Shown: positions 27,413 to 38,188 of the stretch, piece by piece
How the letters are laid out: every line of letters starts with the position of its first letter
Numbering within the stretch: the stretch's first letter is position 1
From: Bacteroidales bacterium UBA1402
GTDB lineage: Bacteria; Bacteroidota; Bacteroidia; Bacteroidales; UBA1402
Direction: 5' to 3'
DNA length: 64,000 nt
Assembly: GCA_002305085.1 (NCBI GenBank)
Contig: DBQE01000006.1
Span: 7,061 to 71,060 of the forward strand
Position numbers and translations under genes: made by a program
The notes under the pieces: model-generated
The model's input: the letters and a program-made list of their open reading frames with translations, nothing else
What the model was told of the DNA's origin: nothing
The model's database searches: none

Positions 27413-28283
27413 AGCGATTTTGCTATTTGCTTGCCTGTTGTGTTTATCGCATTTTTGCTTTGCGCACATTGTCGTTGATGAAACTGACAGCCCGTTGTCC
27501 GAGACGGGTTTTTGTCCGGAATTGCCGGTAGGCTCACAGGATAGTACAGCGTTGCCCGAAAAAACTAAAACGACTGTGGTTTGCAATTCAGGTGTGAGTC
27601 GATACAATAACTGGTATTCCTTTGAAAAGCCGGAGGCTTTGTACGCCAGGAAATTTTTGACCAAAAGCATTGCTCCTGTAGCGACGGCAGCGCTTGGGAT
27701 TGGAATACTCGGAATGAGTGATTTCGAGTTGCAACTGCAGGAAAGCCTGAACTGGAACAAAGACTTGAAAGTACCCATGTATGACGACCAGTTACGTTAT
27801 GCACCCATAGCCATCGGAGTTATTCTCCCTTTGTTCGGTAAATACCCAAAGCATAAATTCTTGCATCTGATTCCATTGCTGAGCTCTGCCTATTTGCTGG
27901 CCGACGGAGTAGTACATCAACTGAAGGCATATACGGCAATAGCACGTCCTAATGGTGCCCGGGAACACGATGCTTTTCCATCGCAGCACAGTTCCATGGC
28001 CTTTGTGGCTGCTACGCTACTGCATTATGAATTTGGAGATTACAGTCCATGGATTTCCATTGGAGGTTATACCCTGGCCGGCTGGGTGGCATATGCAAGA
28101 GTGGCTCAAAATCACCATTGGACGAGCGATGTGCTCACAGGCGCCGCCATCGGCACGCTCAGCACACACATAGTCTATCTGAGCTACAACTTCCTTTCGG
28201 ATCTTTTTACCAAAAACAATCTGACAATCTGTCCTTATGCGGTCGAAGGCGGAGGCGGTGTTTATCTGTCTTATTCATTTTAA
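27402..28283 (+). CDS. PAP2-superfamily membrane phosphatase, 293 aa
   Basis: Signal/TM N-terminus. PAP2 motifs KAYTAIARP (Kx6RP), PSQH (variant of PSGH) and ARVAQNHHWTSD (Rx5Hx3D). The start overlaps the HTCS stop by 11 nt. Confidence 0.8.
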   Translation: MKAKAILLFACLLCLSHFCFAHIVVDETDSPLSETGFCPELPVGSQDSTALPEKTKTTVVCNSGVSRYNNWYSFEKPEALYARKFLTKSIAPVATAALGIGILGMSDFELQLQESLNWNKDLKVPMYDDQLRYAPIAIGVILPLFGKYPKHKFLHLIPLLSSAYLLADGVVHQLKAYTAIARPNGAREHDAFPSQHSSMAFVAATLLHYEFGDYSPWISIGGYTLAGWVAYARVAQNHHWTSDVLTGAAIGTLSTHIVYLSYNFLSDLFTKNNLTICPYAVEGGGGVYLSYSF

Positions 28284-28340
28284 GCCGAACCCGAAGAGAA
28301 CAAAAATTCATATAAATATTGATTTGTCTGATTTTTTTTC

Positions 28341-28348
28341 TACCTTTG
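28341..28348 (+). promoter_or_regulatory. -7 box TACCTTTG upstream of yceD-rpmF
   Basis: Exact TAnnTTTG match, 26 nt upstream of the GTG start at 28374. Confidence 0.5.
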
Positions 28349-28373
28349 CGCGGTTTTTTAGTAAGTATTGTAG

Positions 28374-28925
28374 GTGGGCAAGCTCGATGCATATAAGATT
28401 CCGTTGGACAGCCTGAGCATTGGAACTCATGTTTTTGAATTTCAACTGGATACTCCCTGGTTCGAATTAATGGACGGACCGGATGTGCAAAAAGGCAAAG
28501 TGAAAGCCATAGTTCGGGTAATCAACACGGGCCGCTTGTATGATTTACGTTTTGAGCTGACCGGTGTGGTAGAGGTACCCTGCGACAGATGCCTGGACGA
28601 TGTGACTATAGAAGTGGATCAAAAAAGCCAGCTTTTTGTCAAACTCGGCCCGGGGTTTTACGAAGAAAGCGAAGACATGATCGTTATTCCCGAAAAGGAA
28701 GGAGCACTCAACGTTGCATGGTTTCTATACGAATTGATAGTTCTCGGTATACCTATGAGGCATGTGCATGCTCCGGGCAAATGCAACAAGGCAATGATGA
28801 GTAAGCTCAAGGAACATCTGACCGGTCCCGGCGACGAAGACGAGATCGAACCGGATTTGCCCGACGGGGAAGAATTTGAAGCCATAGACGACGATCAGGC
28901 TTTGGGATCTGACTGGGAAGACTAG
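28374..28925 (+). CDS. yceD: YceD/DUF177 family protein (23S rRNA accumulation protein)
   Basis: GTG start. Pattern Y.IPLDSLS.G.H.FEF.LD..FF and a CDRCL Cys motif. Conserved position directly upstream of rpmF. Confidence 0.75.
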   Translation: MGKLDAYKIPLDSLSIGTHVFEFQLDTPWFELMDGPDVQKGKVKAIVRVINTGRLYDLRFELTGVVEVPCDRCLDDVTIEVDQKSQLFVKLGPGFYEESEDMIVIPEKEGALNVAWFLYELIVLGIPMRHVHAPGKCNKAMMSKLKEHLTGPGDEDEIEPDLPDGEEFEAIDDDQALGSDWED

Positions 28926-28981
28926 AAAATGGAATACAAATAATACTAATTTATAATATATAATATATAATATATACTCAA

Positions 28982-29164
28982 ATGGCACACCCTAAGCGCA
29001 AACATTCGAATACCAGAACTGCCAAAAGGAGAACGCATTACAAGGCAACACTTCCCACATTGGCCGTTTGTCCCAATTGTGGCGCCCAGTATATTTTCCA
29101 TACGGTTTGTGGAGAATGCGGATATTATCGCGGGAAATTGGCAATTGAACAAAAAGAGTCCTGA
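28982..29164 (+). CDS. rpmF: 50S ribosomal protein L32
   Basis: MAHPKRKHSNTRTAKRRTHYKA..., with CPNCG...CGECG zinc-ribbon cysteines. Confidence 0.95.
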   Translation: MAHPKRKHSNTRTAKRRTHYKATLPTLAVCPNCGAQYIFHTVCGECGYYRGKLAIEQKES

Positions 29165-29299
29165 TTGAAGGTTTTTTTCGGGAATGATTTCTTCCCCCGG
29201 TAGTGATGCCGCGGCCGAAGATCTGGTATAGCGGATGTCACAATATATATGGTGTTACGTATATAAAGTGAATGTCCGTTTTTTCATTTATATTTTAAT

Positions 29300-30181
29300 A
29301 TGCATAAATCCGGTTTTGTAAATATTGTCGGGAATCCCAATGTAGGGAAGTCGAGCCTGATGAATGTCCTGGTGGGGGAAAAGATGTCCATTATTACATC
29401 CAAAGCTCAAACCACCCGCCACAGGATAATCGGAATTGTCAACGGGCCGGATTATCAGATTGTTTTCTCCGATACCCCCGGCGTTCTGAAGCCTAAATAC
29501 AAATTACAGGAAAGCATGCTGAATTTTTCTTCGTCGGCTCTGGTAGATGCGGATATACTTTTGTATATGACCGACACCGTCGAGAAGATCGAAAAAAACG
29601 AAAGTTTTCTCGAAAAAGTAAAACAGGCAACGGTACCTGTGCTGGCTATAATTAACAAAATAGATCTGAGCAACGAAGAAGCTTTGCAAAAACAAGTTCA
29701 AGCTTTGCAGGCTATTTTGCCAAGTGCCGAAGTGATTCCCTTATCGGTGCTGCATAAATTCGGTTTGGACTATTTAATGAAACGTATATTGGCTTTATTG
29801 CCCGAATCGCCGCCCTATTTCGGCAAAGATGCCCTGACAGACCGGCCGGCACGTTTTTTCGTGTCGGAAATCATACGCGAAAAAATTCTGCTTTATTATC
29901 AACAAGAAATTCCCTATGCCGTAGAGGTGGTAGTGGAAAGTTATAAAGAAGAGAAAGAAAAAATATACATCGCAGCCCTGATTCTTGTTGAGCGTGAATC
30001 ACAAAAAGGGATTATAATCGGGCATCAGGGCAAAGCCCTGAAAAAATTGGGGACTACGGCTCGCCGGGAGATAGAACGTTTTACGGGGAAAAATGTATTT
30101 CTTGAATTGTTTGTTAAGGTCGAAAAAGACTGGCGTACAAACGAGAACAGTTTGAAAAACTTCGGATACATCCAGGATTAA
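29300..30181 (+). CDS. era: GTPase Era
   Basis: G1 [17 protein letters not shown], and a C-terminal KH domain ([22 protein letters not shown]). Confidence 0.95.
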   Translation: MHKSGFVNIVGNPNVGKSSLMNVLVGEKMSIITSKAQTTRHRIIGIVNGPDYQIVFSDTPGVLKPKYKLQESMLNFSSSALVDADILLYMTDTVEKIEKNESFLEKVKQATVPVLAIINKIDLSNEEALQKQVQALQAILPSAEVIPLSVLHKFGLDYLMKRILALLPESPPYFGKDALTDRPARFFVSEIIREKILLYYQQEIPYAVEVVVESYKEEKEKIYIAALILVERESQKGIIIGHQGKALKKLGTTARREIERFTGKNVFLELFVKVEKDWRTNENSLKNFGYIQD

Positions 30182-30191
30182 TGACAGAAAC

Positions 30192-31514
30192 ATGGGAAAT
30201 ATAGTAGCCATAGTAGGCCGTCCCAACGTGGGGAAATCGACTTTGTTTAATCGTTTGGTCGAAAGCCGCCAGGCCATAGTTGACGAAGAAGCCGGCACTA
30301 CCCGTGACCGGCATTATGGATTTGCCCAATGGAATGATTGTGAGTTTTCGGTCATAGATACCGGCGGCTGGGTAGAAGGCTCGGACGATGTGTTTGAGGA
30401 GGCTATCAACAGACAAGTGCAACTGGCCTTAGACGAAGCCGACGTTATTTTGTTTTTGGTTGACGTCGCCCATGGTGTCACCGATCTGGACCAAGAGCTG
30501 GCATCCCGCTTACGCCGCCTAAACAAACAACGGCCCGTTTTGCTGGTTGCCAACAAAGCCGACAATTACGAGATCGGCATGAATGCCGCCGAGTTTTATA
30601 AACTGGGGCTGGGCGATCCTATTACCGTTTCGGCCGTCAACGGTTCAGGAACCGGCGACTTGCTGGATTTGCTCGTTTCAAAATTCGACAAAACTTCTCC
30701 CGTTGAAAAGGAATTGGAAGATTTACCCCGTTTTGCCGTGGTGGGCCGTCCCAATGCCGGAAAATCTTCCCTAATCAATTCTTTTATAGGAGAGGAGAGG
30801 CATATTGTGACCGATATTGCCGGCACCACCCGCGATTCGGTGTATACTCGTTTTAATAAATTCGGATTTGATTTTTATCTGGTAGATACCGCCGGAATCC
30901 GCAAAAAAAGCAAGGTAACCGAAGATTTGGAATATTATTCGGTGATACGCTCTATACGTTCCATCGAAAGCTCCGATGTTTGTATCTTGATGATTGACGC
31001 CACCAGAGGTGTCGAAAGCCAGGATATGAATATTTTTTCCATCATTCAGAAAAACAAAAAGGGCCTGGTGGTTTGCGTCAACAAGTGGGATTTGGTCGAA
31101 AACAAAAGCAATGAAACCATCAAAACTTTTGAGAGGGCCATCAAAGAACGTTTTGCTCCTTTTGTGGATTTTCCCATTTTGTTTATTTCGGCCACGACCA
31201 GGCAGAGAATATTTAAAGTGCTCGAAACAGCCGATGCTGTGTATAAAACAAGAAAACAACGTATTCCGACCAGTCAGCTTAATGAATACTTTTTGCCTCT
31301 GATTGAGAAATTTCCTCCGCCGGCTAATAAGGGTAAATACATTAAAATTAAATACGTAACTCAAATCCAGGGGCCTTATACTCCCAGTTTTGTATTTTTT
31401 GCCAACTTGCCTCAATACGTCAAAGAGCCCTACAAACGTTTTCTCGAGAACAAACTCCGTTCCCGCTGGAATTTTACGGGCACTCCCGTGCAGGTGTTTA
31501 TCCGTCAAAAATAA
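30192..31514 (+). CDS. der: Ribosome-associated GTPase Der/EngA (tandem GTPase domains)
   Basis: Two G domains ([12 protein letters not shown]...DTGG...NKAD and [12 protein letters not shown]...DTAG...NKWD) plus a KH-like C-terminus. Confidence 0.95.
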   Translation: MGNIVAIVGRPNVGKSTLFNRLVESRQAIVDEEAGTTRDRHYGFAQWNDCEFSVIDTGGWVEGSDDVFEEAINRQVQLALDEADVILFLVDVAHGVTDLDQELASRLRRLNKQRPVLLVANKADNYEIGMNAAEFYKLGLGDPITVSAVNGSGTGDLLDLLVSKFDKTSPVEKELEDLPRFAVVGRPNAGKSSLINSFIGEERHIVTDIAGTTRDSVYTRFNKFGFDFYLVDTAGIRKKSKVTEDLEYYSVIRSIRSIESSDVCILMIDATRGVESQDMNIFSIIQKNKKGLVVCVNKWDLVENKSNETIKTFERAIKERFAPFVDFPILFISATTRQRIFKVLETADAVYKTRKQRIPTSQLNEYFLPLIEKFPPPANKGKYIKIKYVTQIQGPYTPSFVFFANLPQYVKEPYKRFLENKLRSRWNFTGTPVQVFIRQK

Positions 31515-31535
31515 TTTGCATAAATCTATATTCTC

Positions 31536-31838
31536 ATGGAAAAAAAAGAAAATCAACTCAACATTGAATTACCCGAAGAAGTTGCTCAGGGAACTTATTC
31601 CAACCTGGCCATTATTTCGCACTCCAGTGCAGAATTTATTTTGGATTTTATCCGCATGATGCCCGGGGTTCCCAAGGCCAAGGTGAAATCTCGTATCATT
31701 TTAACTCCCGAACATGCCAAGCGTTTGTTGATGGCTTTGCAGGACAACGTGGTTAAGTACGAAAAGCAATTCGGCCCCATCAAAAACCCTCAGGCAGGCT
31801 CTTTGCCTCCACTGGGTTTCAGTACGGGTGAAGCTTAA
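31536..31838 (+). CDS. DUF3467-family small protein
   Basis: 100 aa. LNIELPEEVAQGTYSNLAIISHSSAEFILDF is typical of DUF3467. Confidence 0.7.
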   Translation: MEKKENQLNIELPEEVAQGTYSNLAIISHSSAEFILDFIRMMPGVPKAKVKSRIILTPEHAKRLLMALQDNVVKYEKQFGPIKNPQAGSLPPLGFSTGEA

Positions 31839-31879
31839 AAAATCTCTTCAACTTATTTGTATAAAATAAAAAGACTTTC

Positions 31880-31887
31880 TATCTTTG
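31880..31887 (+). promoter_or_regulatory. -7 box TATCTTTG upstream of rpsL (str operon)
   Basis: Exact TAnnTTTG match within tttctatctttgcagc, 69 nt upstream of the rpsL ATG. Confidence 0.55.
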
Positions 31888-31955
31888 CAGCCCGTTTTTG
31901 AGTAAAAAATGGGCACATATTTAAGGATTAATGATTTAAGACCAAAAGAAGTAGT

Positions 31956-32342
31956 ATGCCAACAATTCAACAATTAGTAAGGAAAGGAAGGGTAAAACTG
32001 ACCGAAAGCAGCAAAGCGCCTGCTCTGGATTCCTGTCCGCAAAGGCGTGGCGTTTGTGTACGTGTCTATACAACCACACCCAAAAAACCGAATTCTGCAA
32101 TGCGCAAAGTGGCCAGGGTTCGCCTGACCAACCAGAAAGAGGTAAACTGCTATATACCCGGCGAAGGCCATAACCTGCAGGAGCACTCTATAGTGTTGGT
32201 TCGCGGGGGTCGTGTGAAGGATTTACCCGGTGTTCGTTATCACATTGTTCGCGGCACACTCGACACTGCCGGTGTAGACGGTCGTAAACAACGCCGTTCC
32301 AAGTACGGAGCCAAAAATCCTAAGGAAACAAGCAAAAAATAA
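31956..32342 (+). CDS. rpsL: 30S ribosomal protein S12
   Basis: [12 protein letters not shown]...[16 protein letters not shown]. Confidence 0.97.
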   Translation: MPTIQQLVRKGRVKLTESSKAPALDSCPQRRGVCVRVYTTTPKKPNSAMRKVARVRLTNQKEVNCYIPGEGHNLQEHSIVLVRGGRVKDLPGVRYHIVRGTLDTAGVDGRKQRRSKYGAKNPKETSKK

Positions 32343-32483
32343 ATTAAAGCATCATACATTCATCACCAGTTTTTAGCGTATTGGTAAGTAAGGGAGACTA
32401 GTTTTTCCGGGTTGAGTAAATGTTCCGGTGGGAGCGTTGAAGACGAACAGCCAAAACAATAAAACGGTCAATTATTTGAGAAA

Positions 32484-32960
32484 ATGAGAAAAAGCAAACC
32501 GAAAAAACGGGTTATCCTCCCGGATCCTGTTTTTAATGACACCAAGGTGACAAAATTTGTCAATCACCTGATGTATGACGGGAAGAAGAATATTTCGTAC
32601 GAAATTTTCTATTCCGCTTTGAAAACCGTAAAGGCTAAATTGCCTAACGAAGAAAAATCCGCACTCGAAATCTGGAAGACCGCCCTCGACAACATTACTC
32701 CTCAAGTCGAGGTAAAATCCCGCCGCGTGGGAGGTGCCACTTTCCAGGTTCCTACAGAGATCCGCCCGGATCGCAAGGAATCCATTTCTATGAAAAATAT
32801 TATTTTGTATGCCCGCAAACGTGGAGGAAAATCCATGTCCGATAAGCTGGCTGCAGAAATTGTTGATGCTTTCAACAATCAGGGCGGAGCATTCAAGCGT
32901 AAGGAAGATATGCACAGAATGGCCGAAGCCAACCGTGCTTTTGCTCACTTCAGGTTTTAA
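32484..32960 (+). CDS. rpsG: 30S ribosomal protein S7
   Basis: [19 protein letters not shown]...[30 protein letters not shown]. Confidence 0.97.
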   Translation: MRKSKPKKRVILPDPVFNDTKVTKFVNHLMYDGKKNISYEIFYSALKTVKAKLPNEEKSALEIWKTALDNITPQVEVKSRRVGGATFQVPTEIRPDRKESISMKNIILYARKRGGKSMSDKLAAEIVDAFNNQGGAFKRKEDMHRMAEANRAFAHFRF

Positions 32961-32971
32961 TTGATCAGACG

Positions 32972-35092
32972 ATGGTAAAAGCAGACTTCCAGTACACCAG
33001 AAATATAGGCATAATGGCCCATATCGATGCGGGAAAGACTACCACTTCGGAGCGTATTCTTTTCTACACCGGGCTTACTCACAAAATGGGTGAGGTGCAC
33101 GATGGTGCTGCCACTATGGACTGGATGGAGCAGGAGCAGGAACGGGGTATTACCATTACTTCTGCTGCTACTACCACTTTTTGGAACTACAACAACAATA
33201 AATATAAGATCAACCTGATTGATACCCCCGGGCACGTAGACTTCACCGTTGAGGTAGAACGCTCTCTTAGAGTACTGGACGGTGCTGTGGCTGTTTTTTG
33301 TGCGGTCGGCGGGGTAGAACCCCAATCGGAGACAGTCTGGAGACAGGCCGATAAATATAATGTGCCCCGCGTAGCCTACGTCAACAAGATGGATCGTTCG
33401 GGTGCCGATTTCTTTTCGGTGGTTTCTCAATTGCGAACGATACTCAAGGCCAATCCTTGCATTATTCAAATTCCAATTGGGGCAGAAGAAACATTCAAGG
33501 GAGTCGTCGACCTGATCAAAATGAAGGCCTTGCTGTGGCACGATGAAACTTTGGGAGCCGAATATTCCGTCGAAGAAATTCCCGCCGGTCTCAGGGCCGA
33601 AGCCGAAGAATGGAGGGACAAAATGCTGGAGCAAGTAGCAGAGTACGACGATCGCGTGATGCAGAAATATTTTGACGATCCCTCCACCATCAAAGAAGAG
33701 GAAATTCATCAGGCTTTACGCAAGGCCACCCTGATGCAAGCCTTGCAGCCCGTACTCTGCGGCACTTCTTTCAAAAACAAAGGGGTGCAAACACTGTTGG
33801 ATGCTGTCTGTGCTTATTTGCCCAGTCCCATGGATACCGAGGCCATCGAAGGGAGGGATCCCAACAATCCCGGTAGAGTTTTGTTGAGACATCCCGACGA
33901 CCGGGAGCCTCTCACCGCCTTGGCGTTCAAAATTGCCACCGATCCCTACGTTGGCCGTTTGTGTTTTGTACGTGTCTATTCCGGTGTGCTCAAGTCGGGC
34001 AGTTATGTGCTCAATACCCGGAACAATCGTAAGGAACGCGTGTCGAGGTTGTTCCAGATGCACTCTAATAAACAGAATCCTGTCGATGTTATCGGAGCCG
34101 GAGATATCGGAGCTTTGGTAGGTTTCAAGGATATACGCACCGGCGATACCATTTGCGACGAAAATAAACCCATCGTACTGGAATCGATGGATTTCCCCGA
34201 TCCCGTAATCGGCGTAGCCGTTGAGCCCAAAACTCAAAAAGACCTGGATAAGCTGGGTGCCGGTCTGTCAAAATTAGCAGAAGAAGACCCCACTTTTACC
34301 GTTCACACCGATGAACAGTCGGGGCAAACCATCATTAGTGGCATGGGCGAATTGCATCTGGAAATCATTATCGACCGTTTACGTCGCGAATTCAAAGTGG
34401 AATGCAATCAAGGACCTCCTCAGGTTTCGTATAAGGAAGCTATTACCCGGGAGGTGCAGCTGCGTGAAGTTTACAAAAAACAAACCGGCGGACGGGGGAA
34501 ATTTGCCGACATCATTGTTAAAATTGGCCCCAAAGATGCCGATTTTGTTGGCGATCTGCAATTCTCGAGCGAAGTCAAGGGTGGAAACATACCCACCGAA
34601 TACATACCTTCCATTCAGAAGGGTTTCCAGACAGCTATGCGTAACGGGGTTTTGGCCGGTTATCCGGTAGATAATCTCAAGGTTACCGTATTGGATGGCT
34701 CCTTCCACCCGGTAGACTCCGATGCACTCTCGTTTGAGATTTGTGCCATTCAGGCCTTCAGAAATGCCTGTGTTAAGGCTACTCCCGTGTTATTGGAGCC
34801 CATTATGAAACTCGAGGTGGTTACACCCGAAGAGAATATGGGCGATGTAATCGCCGACCTCAACAGACGTCGCGGCCAGGTGGGCGGCATGGAATCTAAC
34901 CGTTCGGGAGCCAGAATCATTAAAGCACAGGTGCCGCTGGCCGAGACTTTCGGTTACGTAACTGCCCTGCGTACCATTACGTCGGGCCGGGCAACCAGCA
35001 GTATGGAATTTTCACATTACTCTCCCATGACTTCAATTATGGCCAAAGCCGTACTCAAAGAACGTGCGGGGAGGGAAGATTTAATCATATAA
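32972..35092 (+). CDS. fusA: Elongation factor G
   Basis: [28 protein letters not shown]. 706 aa, lying between rpsG and rpsJ. Confidence 0.97.
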   Translation: MVKADFQYTRNIGIMAHIDAGKTTTSERILFYTGLTHKMGEVHDGAATMDWMEQEQERGITITSAATTTFWNYNNNKYKINLIDTPGHVDFTVEVERSLRVLDGAVAVFCAVGGVEPQSETVWRQADKYNVPRVAYVNKMDRSGADFFSVVSQLRTILKANPCIIQIPIGAEETFKGVVDLIKMKALLWHDETLGAEYSVEEIPAGLRAEAEEWRDKMLEQVAEYDDRVMQKYFDDPSTIKEEEIHQALRKATLMQALQPVLCGTSFKNKGVQTLLDAVCAYLPSPMDTEAIEGRDPNNPGRVLLRHPDDREPLTALAFKIATDPYVGRLCFVRVYSGVLKSGSYVLNTRNNRKERVSRLFQMHSNKQNPVDVIGAGDIGALVGFKDIRTGDTICDENKPIVLESMDFPDPVIGVAVEPKTQKDLDKLGAGLSKLAEEDPTFTVHTDEQSGQTIISGMGELHLEIIIDRLRREFKVECNQGPPQVSYKEAITREVQLREVYKKQTGGRGKFADIIVKIGPKDADFVGDLQFSSEVKGGNIPTEYIPSIQKGFQTAMRNGVLAGYPVDNLKVTVLDGSFHPVDSDALSFEICAIQAFRNACVKATPVLLEPIMKLEVVTPEENMGDVIADLNRRRGQVGGMESNRSGARIIKAQVPLAETFGYVTALRTITSGRATSSMEFSHYSPMTSIMAKAVLKERAGREDLII

Positions 35093-35152
35093 ACGGCAGA
35101 TCAGTGAAAATAGCTCTACGGATCGCCGAAATAAACCATTAATAAAACATTT

Positions 35153-35458
35153 ATGAGCCAGAAAATCAGAATTAAACTCAAATCTTACGATCACAACCTG
35201 GTGGACAAATCCGCCGAAAAGATTGTAAAGGCCGTTAAGGCGACGGGAGCTGTGGTAAGCGGCCCCATTCCTTTGCCCACGCACAAAAGGATATTTACCG
35301 TGAACCGCTCTACTTTCGTAAACAAAAAATCTCGCGAACAGTTTGAATTGTGTTCTTTCAAGAGACTGATCGACATCTACAATTCAAGTTCAAAAACAGT
35401 TGATTCTTTGATGAAACTCGAATTACCCAGCGGCGTTGAGGTGGAAATCAAAGTCTGA
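35153..35458 (+). CDS. rpsJ: 30S ribosomal protein S10
   Basis: [21 protein letters not shown]...GPIPLPT. Confidence 0.97.
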   Translation: MSQKIRIKLKSYDHNLVDKSAEKIVKAVKATGAVVSGPIPLPTHKRIFTVNRSTFVNKKSREQFELCSFKRLIDIYNSSSKTVDSLMKLELPSGVEVEIKV

Positions 35459-35502
35459 TAGCGCAAAAATGCATGATTTATATAATTATATAATTTAGAG
35501 AA

Positions 35503-36120
35503 ATGCCAGGATTATTAGGAAAAAAAATCGGAATGACATCCGTTTTCAGTGCCGATGGGAAAAACATCCCATGCACTGTGATTGAAGCCGGTCCTTGTGT
35601 TGTTACTCAGGTTAAAACCGTAGAAAAAGATGGTTATCGGGCCGTACAGTTGGGTTTTCAGGAAAAAACCGAAAAACATACCAACAAGGCAGAGCAAGGC
35701 CATTTTGGAAAAGCCGGGGTAGCACCTCAGAGACATCTGGTGGAATTTAAAGATTTCGGTGACGAAATTAAGTGTGGTGACGTGATCACCTCTGAGTTGT
35801 TTGAAGCCGATGAATTTGTTGACGTTGTCGGAACATCCAAAGGTAAAGGATTTCAGGGTGTTGTCAAGCGTCATGGATTCTCGGGTGTGGGTGGAGCCAG
35901 CCACGGCCAGCACAACCGTTTACGTGCCCCGGGTTCGTTGGGAGCATCCTCATGGCCTGCCCGCGTTTTCAAGGGTATGCATATGGCCGGACGTACCGGC
36001 GGAGAAAGGGTGACCATCGAAAACCTTCAGGTGATCAAAGTTATTCCCGAACACCATCTTGTTTTGGTTAAAGGTTCTGTTCCGGGAGCTAAAGGTTCAA
36101 TTGTAATAATCTATAAATGA
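35503..36120 (+). CDS. rplC: 50S ribosomal protein L3
   Basis: [13 protein letters not shown]...[13 protein letters not shown]. Confidence 0.97.
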   Translation: MPGLLGKKIGMTSVFSADGKNIPCTVIEAGPCVVTQVKTVEKDGYRAVQLGFQEKTEKHTNKAEQGHFGKAGVAPQRHLVEFKDFGDEIKCGDVITSELFEADEFVDVVGTSKGKGFQGVVKRHGFSGVGGASHGQHNRLRAPGSLGASSWPARVFKGMHMAGRTGGERVTIENLQVIKVIPEHHLVLVKGSVPGAKGSIVIIYK

Positions 36121-36749
36121 TGGAACTGAATGTATATAATATAAAAGGTGAAGACACCGGAAGAAAGGTTGTGTTGAGCGATTCCATTTTTGCTGTTGAA
36201 CCCAACGATCATGTATTGTATCTGGCGGTTAAACAACATTTGGCTAACAAAAGGCAAGGAACGCACAAAACCAAGGGACGTAGTGAGATTACAGGTTCCG
36301 GCAGAAAACTTGGTCGTCAGAAGGGTGGCGGCAGTGCACGCCGCGGAGATATCAAATCGCCGATTATGGTTGGTGGAGGCAGAGCATTTGGCCCTCAGCC
36401 CCGTGATTACAGTTTTAAATTGAACAAAAAAGTGAAGTCGCTGGCTCGAAAATCGGCCTTGACCTACAAGATGCGCGACAACGCCATTGTGGTGGTCGAA
36501 GATTTCCAGTTTGAGAAAGCCAAGACCAGAGATTTTGTATCAATCATGCAAAATTTGCATCTTCCTGAAAAAAAGGTAGTTTTTGTATTGTCGGAAGCAA
36601 ATAAAAACGTATATTTGTCGGCTCGTAATTTGCCGAAAGTGCAAGTTGTAATGTTTTCTGAATTAGATACTTATAAAATACTTGACGCAAAAACACTGGT
36701 GCTGATGGAAGGTTCGTTGGCCGGAATTGAACAAACTTTTAACGCATAA
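36117..36749 (+). CDS. rplD: 50S ribosomal protein L4
   Basis: ATGA overlap with rplC. ...[19 protein letters not shown]... motif. Confidence 0.95.
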   Translation: MMELNVYNIKGEDTGRKVVLSDSIFAVEPNDHVLYLAVKQHLANKRQGTHKTKGRSEITGSGRKLGRQKGGGSARRGDIKSPIMVGGGRAFGPQPRDYSFKLNKKVKSLARKSALTYKMRDNAIVVVEDFQFEKAKTRDFVSIMQNLHLPEKKVVFVLSEANKNVYLSARNLPKVQVVMFSELDTYKILDAKTLVLMEGSLAGIEQTFNA

Positions 36750-36760
36750 GGAGAAAAACA

Positions 36761-37051
36761 ATGGGAATTATAATTAAGCCTATCGTTACCGAAAAGATGA
36801 CGATGATTACGGAAAAGTTAAATCGTTACGGATTCCGTGTACTCCCGGAAGCGAATAAAATTGAAATTGCCAAGGCGGTCGAAAAGATGTACAATGTTAC
36901 TGTGGTTAGTGTTAACACCAGCAACTACAGAGGCAAAAACACCAGTCGCTATACCAGAGGCGGAGTAATAAAGGGCAAAACGGCGGCCTACAAAAAAGCC
37001 ATAGTTACCTTGAAAGAAGGTGATGTGATTGATTTTTACAGCAATTTATAA
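36761..37051 (+). CDS. rplW: 50S ribosomal protein L23
   Basis: IIKPIVTEKMT...ANKIEIAKAVEKMYNV. Confidence 0.95.
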   Translation: MGIIIKPIVTEKMTMITEKLNRYGFRVLPEANKIEIAKAVEKMYNVTVVSVNTSNYRGKNTSRYTRGGVIKGKTAAYKKAIVTLKEGDVIDFYSNL

Positions 37052-37057
37052 AATAAG

Positions 37058-37882
37058 ATGGCAGTACGAAAATTAAAGCCCACAACACCCGGGCAAAGAC
37101 ATAAGATTATCGGTGCGTTCGATACCATAACTGCTAGTGCACCGGAAAAATCTCTTGTATTCGGTCTGACTAAATCGGGCGGACGCAATAACGCGGGGAA
37201 AATGACTATGCGCTATATCGGAGGCGGTCATAAAAGAAGACTCCGTGTTATCGATTTCAAGAGAAATAAAGATGGCGTTCCTGCAACAGTGAAAACCATT
37301 GAGTACGATCCCAACCGTTCGGCACGCATAGCATTGCTTTATTATGCCGACGGTGAGAAAAGATACATTATAGCTCCCAACGGACTTGAAGTCGGGATGA
37401 CCATTATGTCGGGAGATAATGCAGCTCCGGAAATCGGAAATGCCCTGGCACTGAAAAATATTCCTGTGGGGACCGTTATTCACAATATCGAGCTTCGTCC
37501 CGGACAAGGTGCTAAGATGGTACGTTCCGCCGGTGCTTTTGCGCAATTGGTTTCCAAAGAAGACAATTACGTAGGTATTCGTATGCCATCGGGAGAAATC
37601 CGCAGGGTGTTAGATTCTTGCAAAGCCACAGTTGGCAGTGTCGGCAATTCAGACCACAGCCTGGAGCGCTCCGGTAAAGCCGGCCGTTCGAGGTGGCTGG
37701 GTCGTCGTCCCAGAACCCGTGGTGTAGCTATGAACCCGGTTGATCACCCCATGGGTGGTGGCGAAGGCCGCGCTTCCGGTGGGCATCCAAGATCGCGCAA
37801 AGGTTTGTTGGCTAAGGGTCTTAGAACAAGATATCCTAAGAAACATTCAAGCAAGTACATTGTAGAAAGAAGGAAAAAATAA
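37058..37882 (+). CDS. rplB: 50S ribosomal protein L2
   Basis: [15 protein letters not shown]...[13 protein letters not shown]. Confidence 0.97.
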   Translation: MAVRKLKPTTPGQRHKIIGAFDTITASAPEKSLVFGLTKSGGRNNAGKMTMRYIGGGHKRRLRVIDFKRNKDGVPATVKTIEYDPNRSARIALLYYADGEKRYIIAPNGLEVGMTIMSGDNAAPEIGNALALKNIPVGTVIHNIELRPGQGAKMVRSAGAFAQLVSKEDNYVGIRMPSGEIRRVLDSCKATVGSVGNSDHSLERSGKAGRSRWLGRRPRTRGVAMNPVDHPMGGGEGRASGGHPRSRKGLLAKGLRTRYPKKHSSKYIVERRKK

Positions 37883-37903
37883 TAGGATAAAGTAGGAAAT
37901 ATT

Positions 37904-38173
37904 ATGAGTCGTTCATTAAAAAAGGGACCGTATATCAATGTAAAACTTGAAAACAAAGTTTTAGCCATGAATGAATCCGGCAAAAAATCGGTGATCAAGA
38001 CCTGGGCCAGAGCCTCTATGATTTCTCCGGATTTTGTGGGACATACCATAGCGGTTCACAATGGAAATAAGTTCATACCGGTGTATATCACCGAAAACAT
38101 GGTCGGACACAAGTTGGGAGAATTCTCTCCGACTCGTACGTTCAGAGGCCACAGTGGAAATAGAAAAAAATAA
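37904..38173 (+). CDS. rpsS: 30S ribosomal protein S19
   Basis: [11 protein letters not shown]...[16 protein letters not shown]. Confidence 0.97.
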   Translation: MSRSLKKGPYINVKLENKVLAMNESGKKSVIKTWARASMISPDFVGHTIAVHNGNKFIPVYITENMVGHKLGEFSPTRTFRGHSGNRKK

Positions 38174-38188
38174 AAACAGATAGAGACA

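Noticed and set aside
28953-28976. ATAATAT heptamer repeated ~3.4 times just upstream of rpmF. A similar TATATAAT x2 occurs at ~35480-35496 upstream of rplC.
   Set aside because: These are short AT-rich simple repeats in AT-rich spacers. They are most likely ribosome-loading or low-structure regions and not distinctive.
29165-29299. A 135-nt gap between rpmF and era, checked for a small RNA or terminator (GGGAA-TGATTTC-TTCCC hairpin at ~29181-29197).
   Set aside because: The stem is short with no following T-run, and there is no recognisable RNA family signature or TAnnTTTG box.
30771-31556. 261-aa minus-strand ORF antisense to der.
   Set aside because: It completely overlaps a highly conserved GTPase gene. 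The product has no recognisable motifs and is a typical antisense shadow ORF.
32343-32483. A 141-nt rpsL-rpsG spacer, considered as a structured S7 regulatory element.
   Set aside because: I found only a 4-5 bp CCGG-based pairing. I cannot support a structure by eye.
32957-33709. 250-aa minus-strand ORF antisense to fusA. The same applies to 33716-34237 (-) and 34379-34708 (-).
   Set aside because: Shadow ORFs opposite EF-G, with no independent support.
35093-35152. No tuf gene between fusA and rpsJ.
   Set aside because: This is the normal arrangement in Bacteroidota, where tuf lies elsewhere with tRNAs/secE/nusG. It is not an anomaly.
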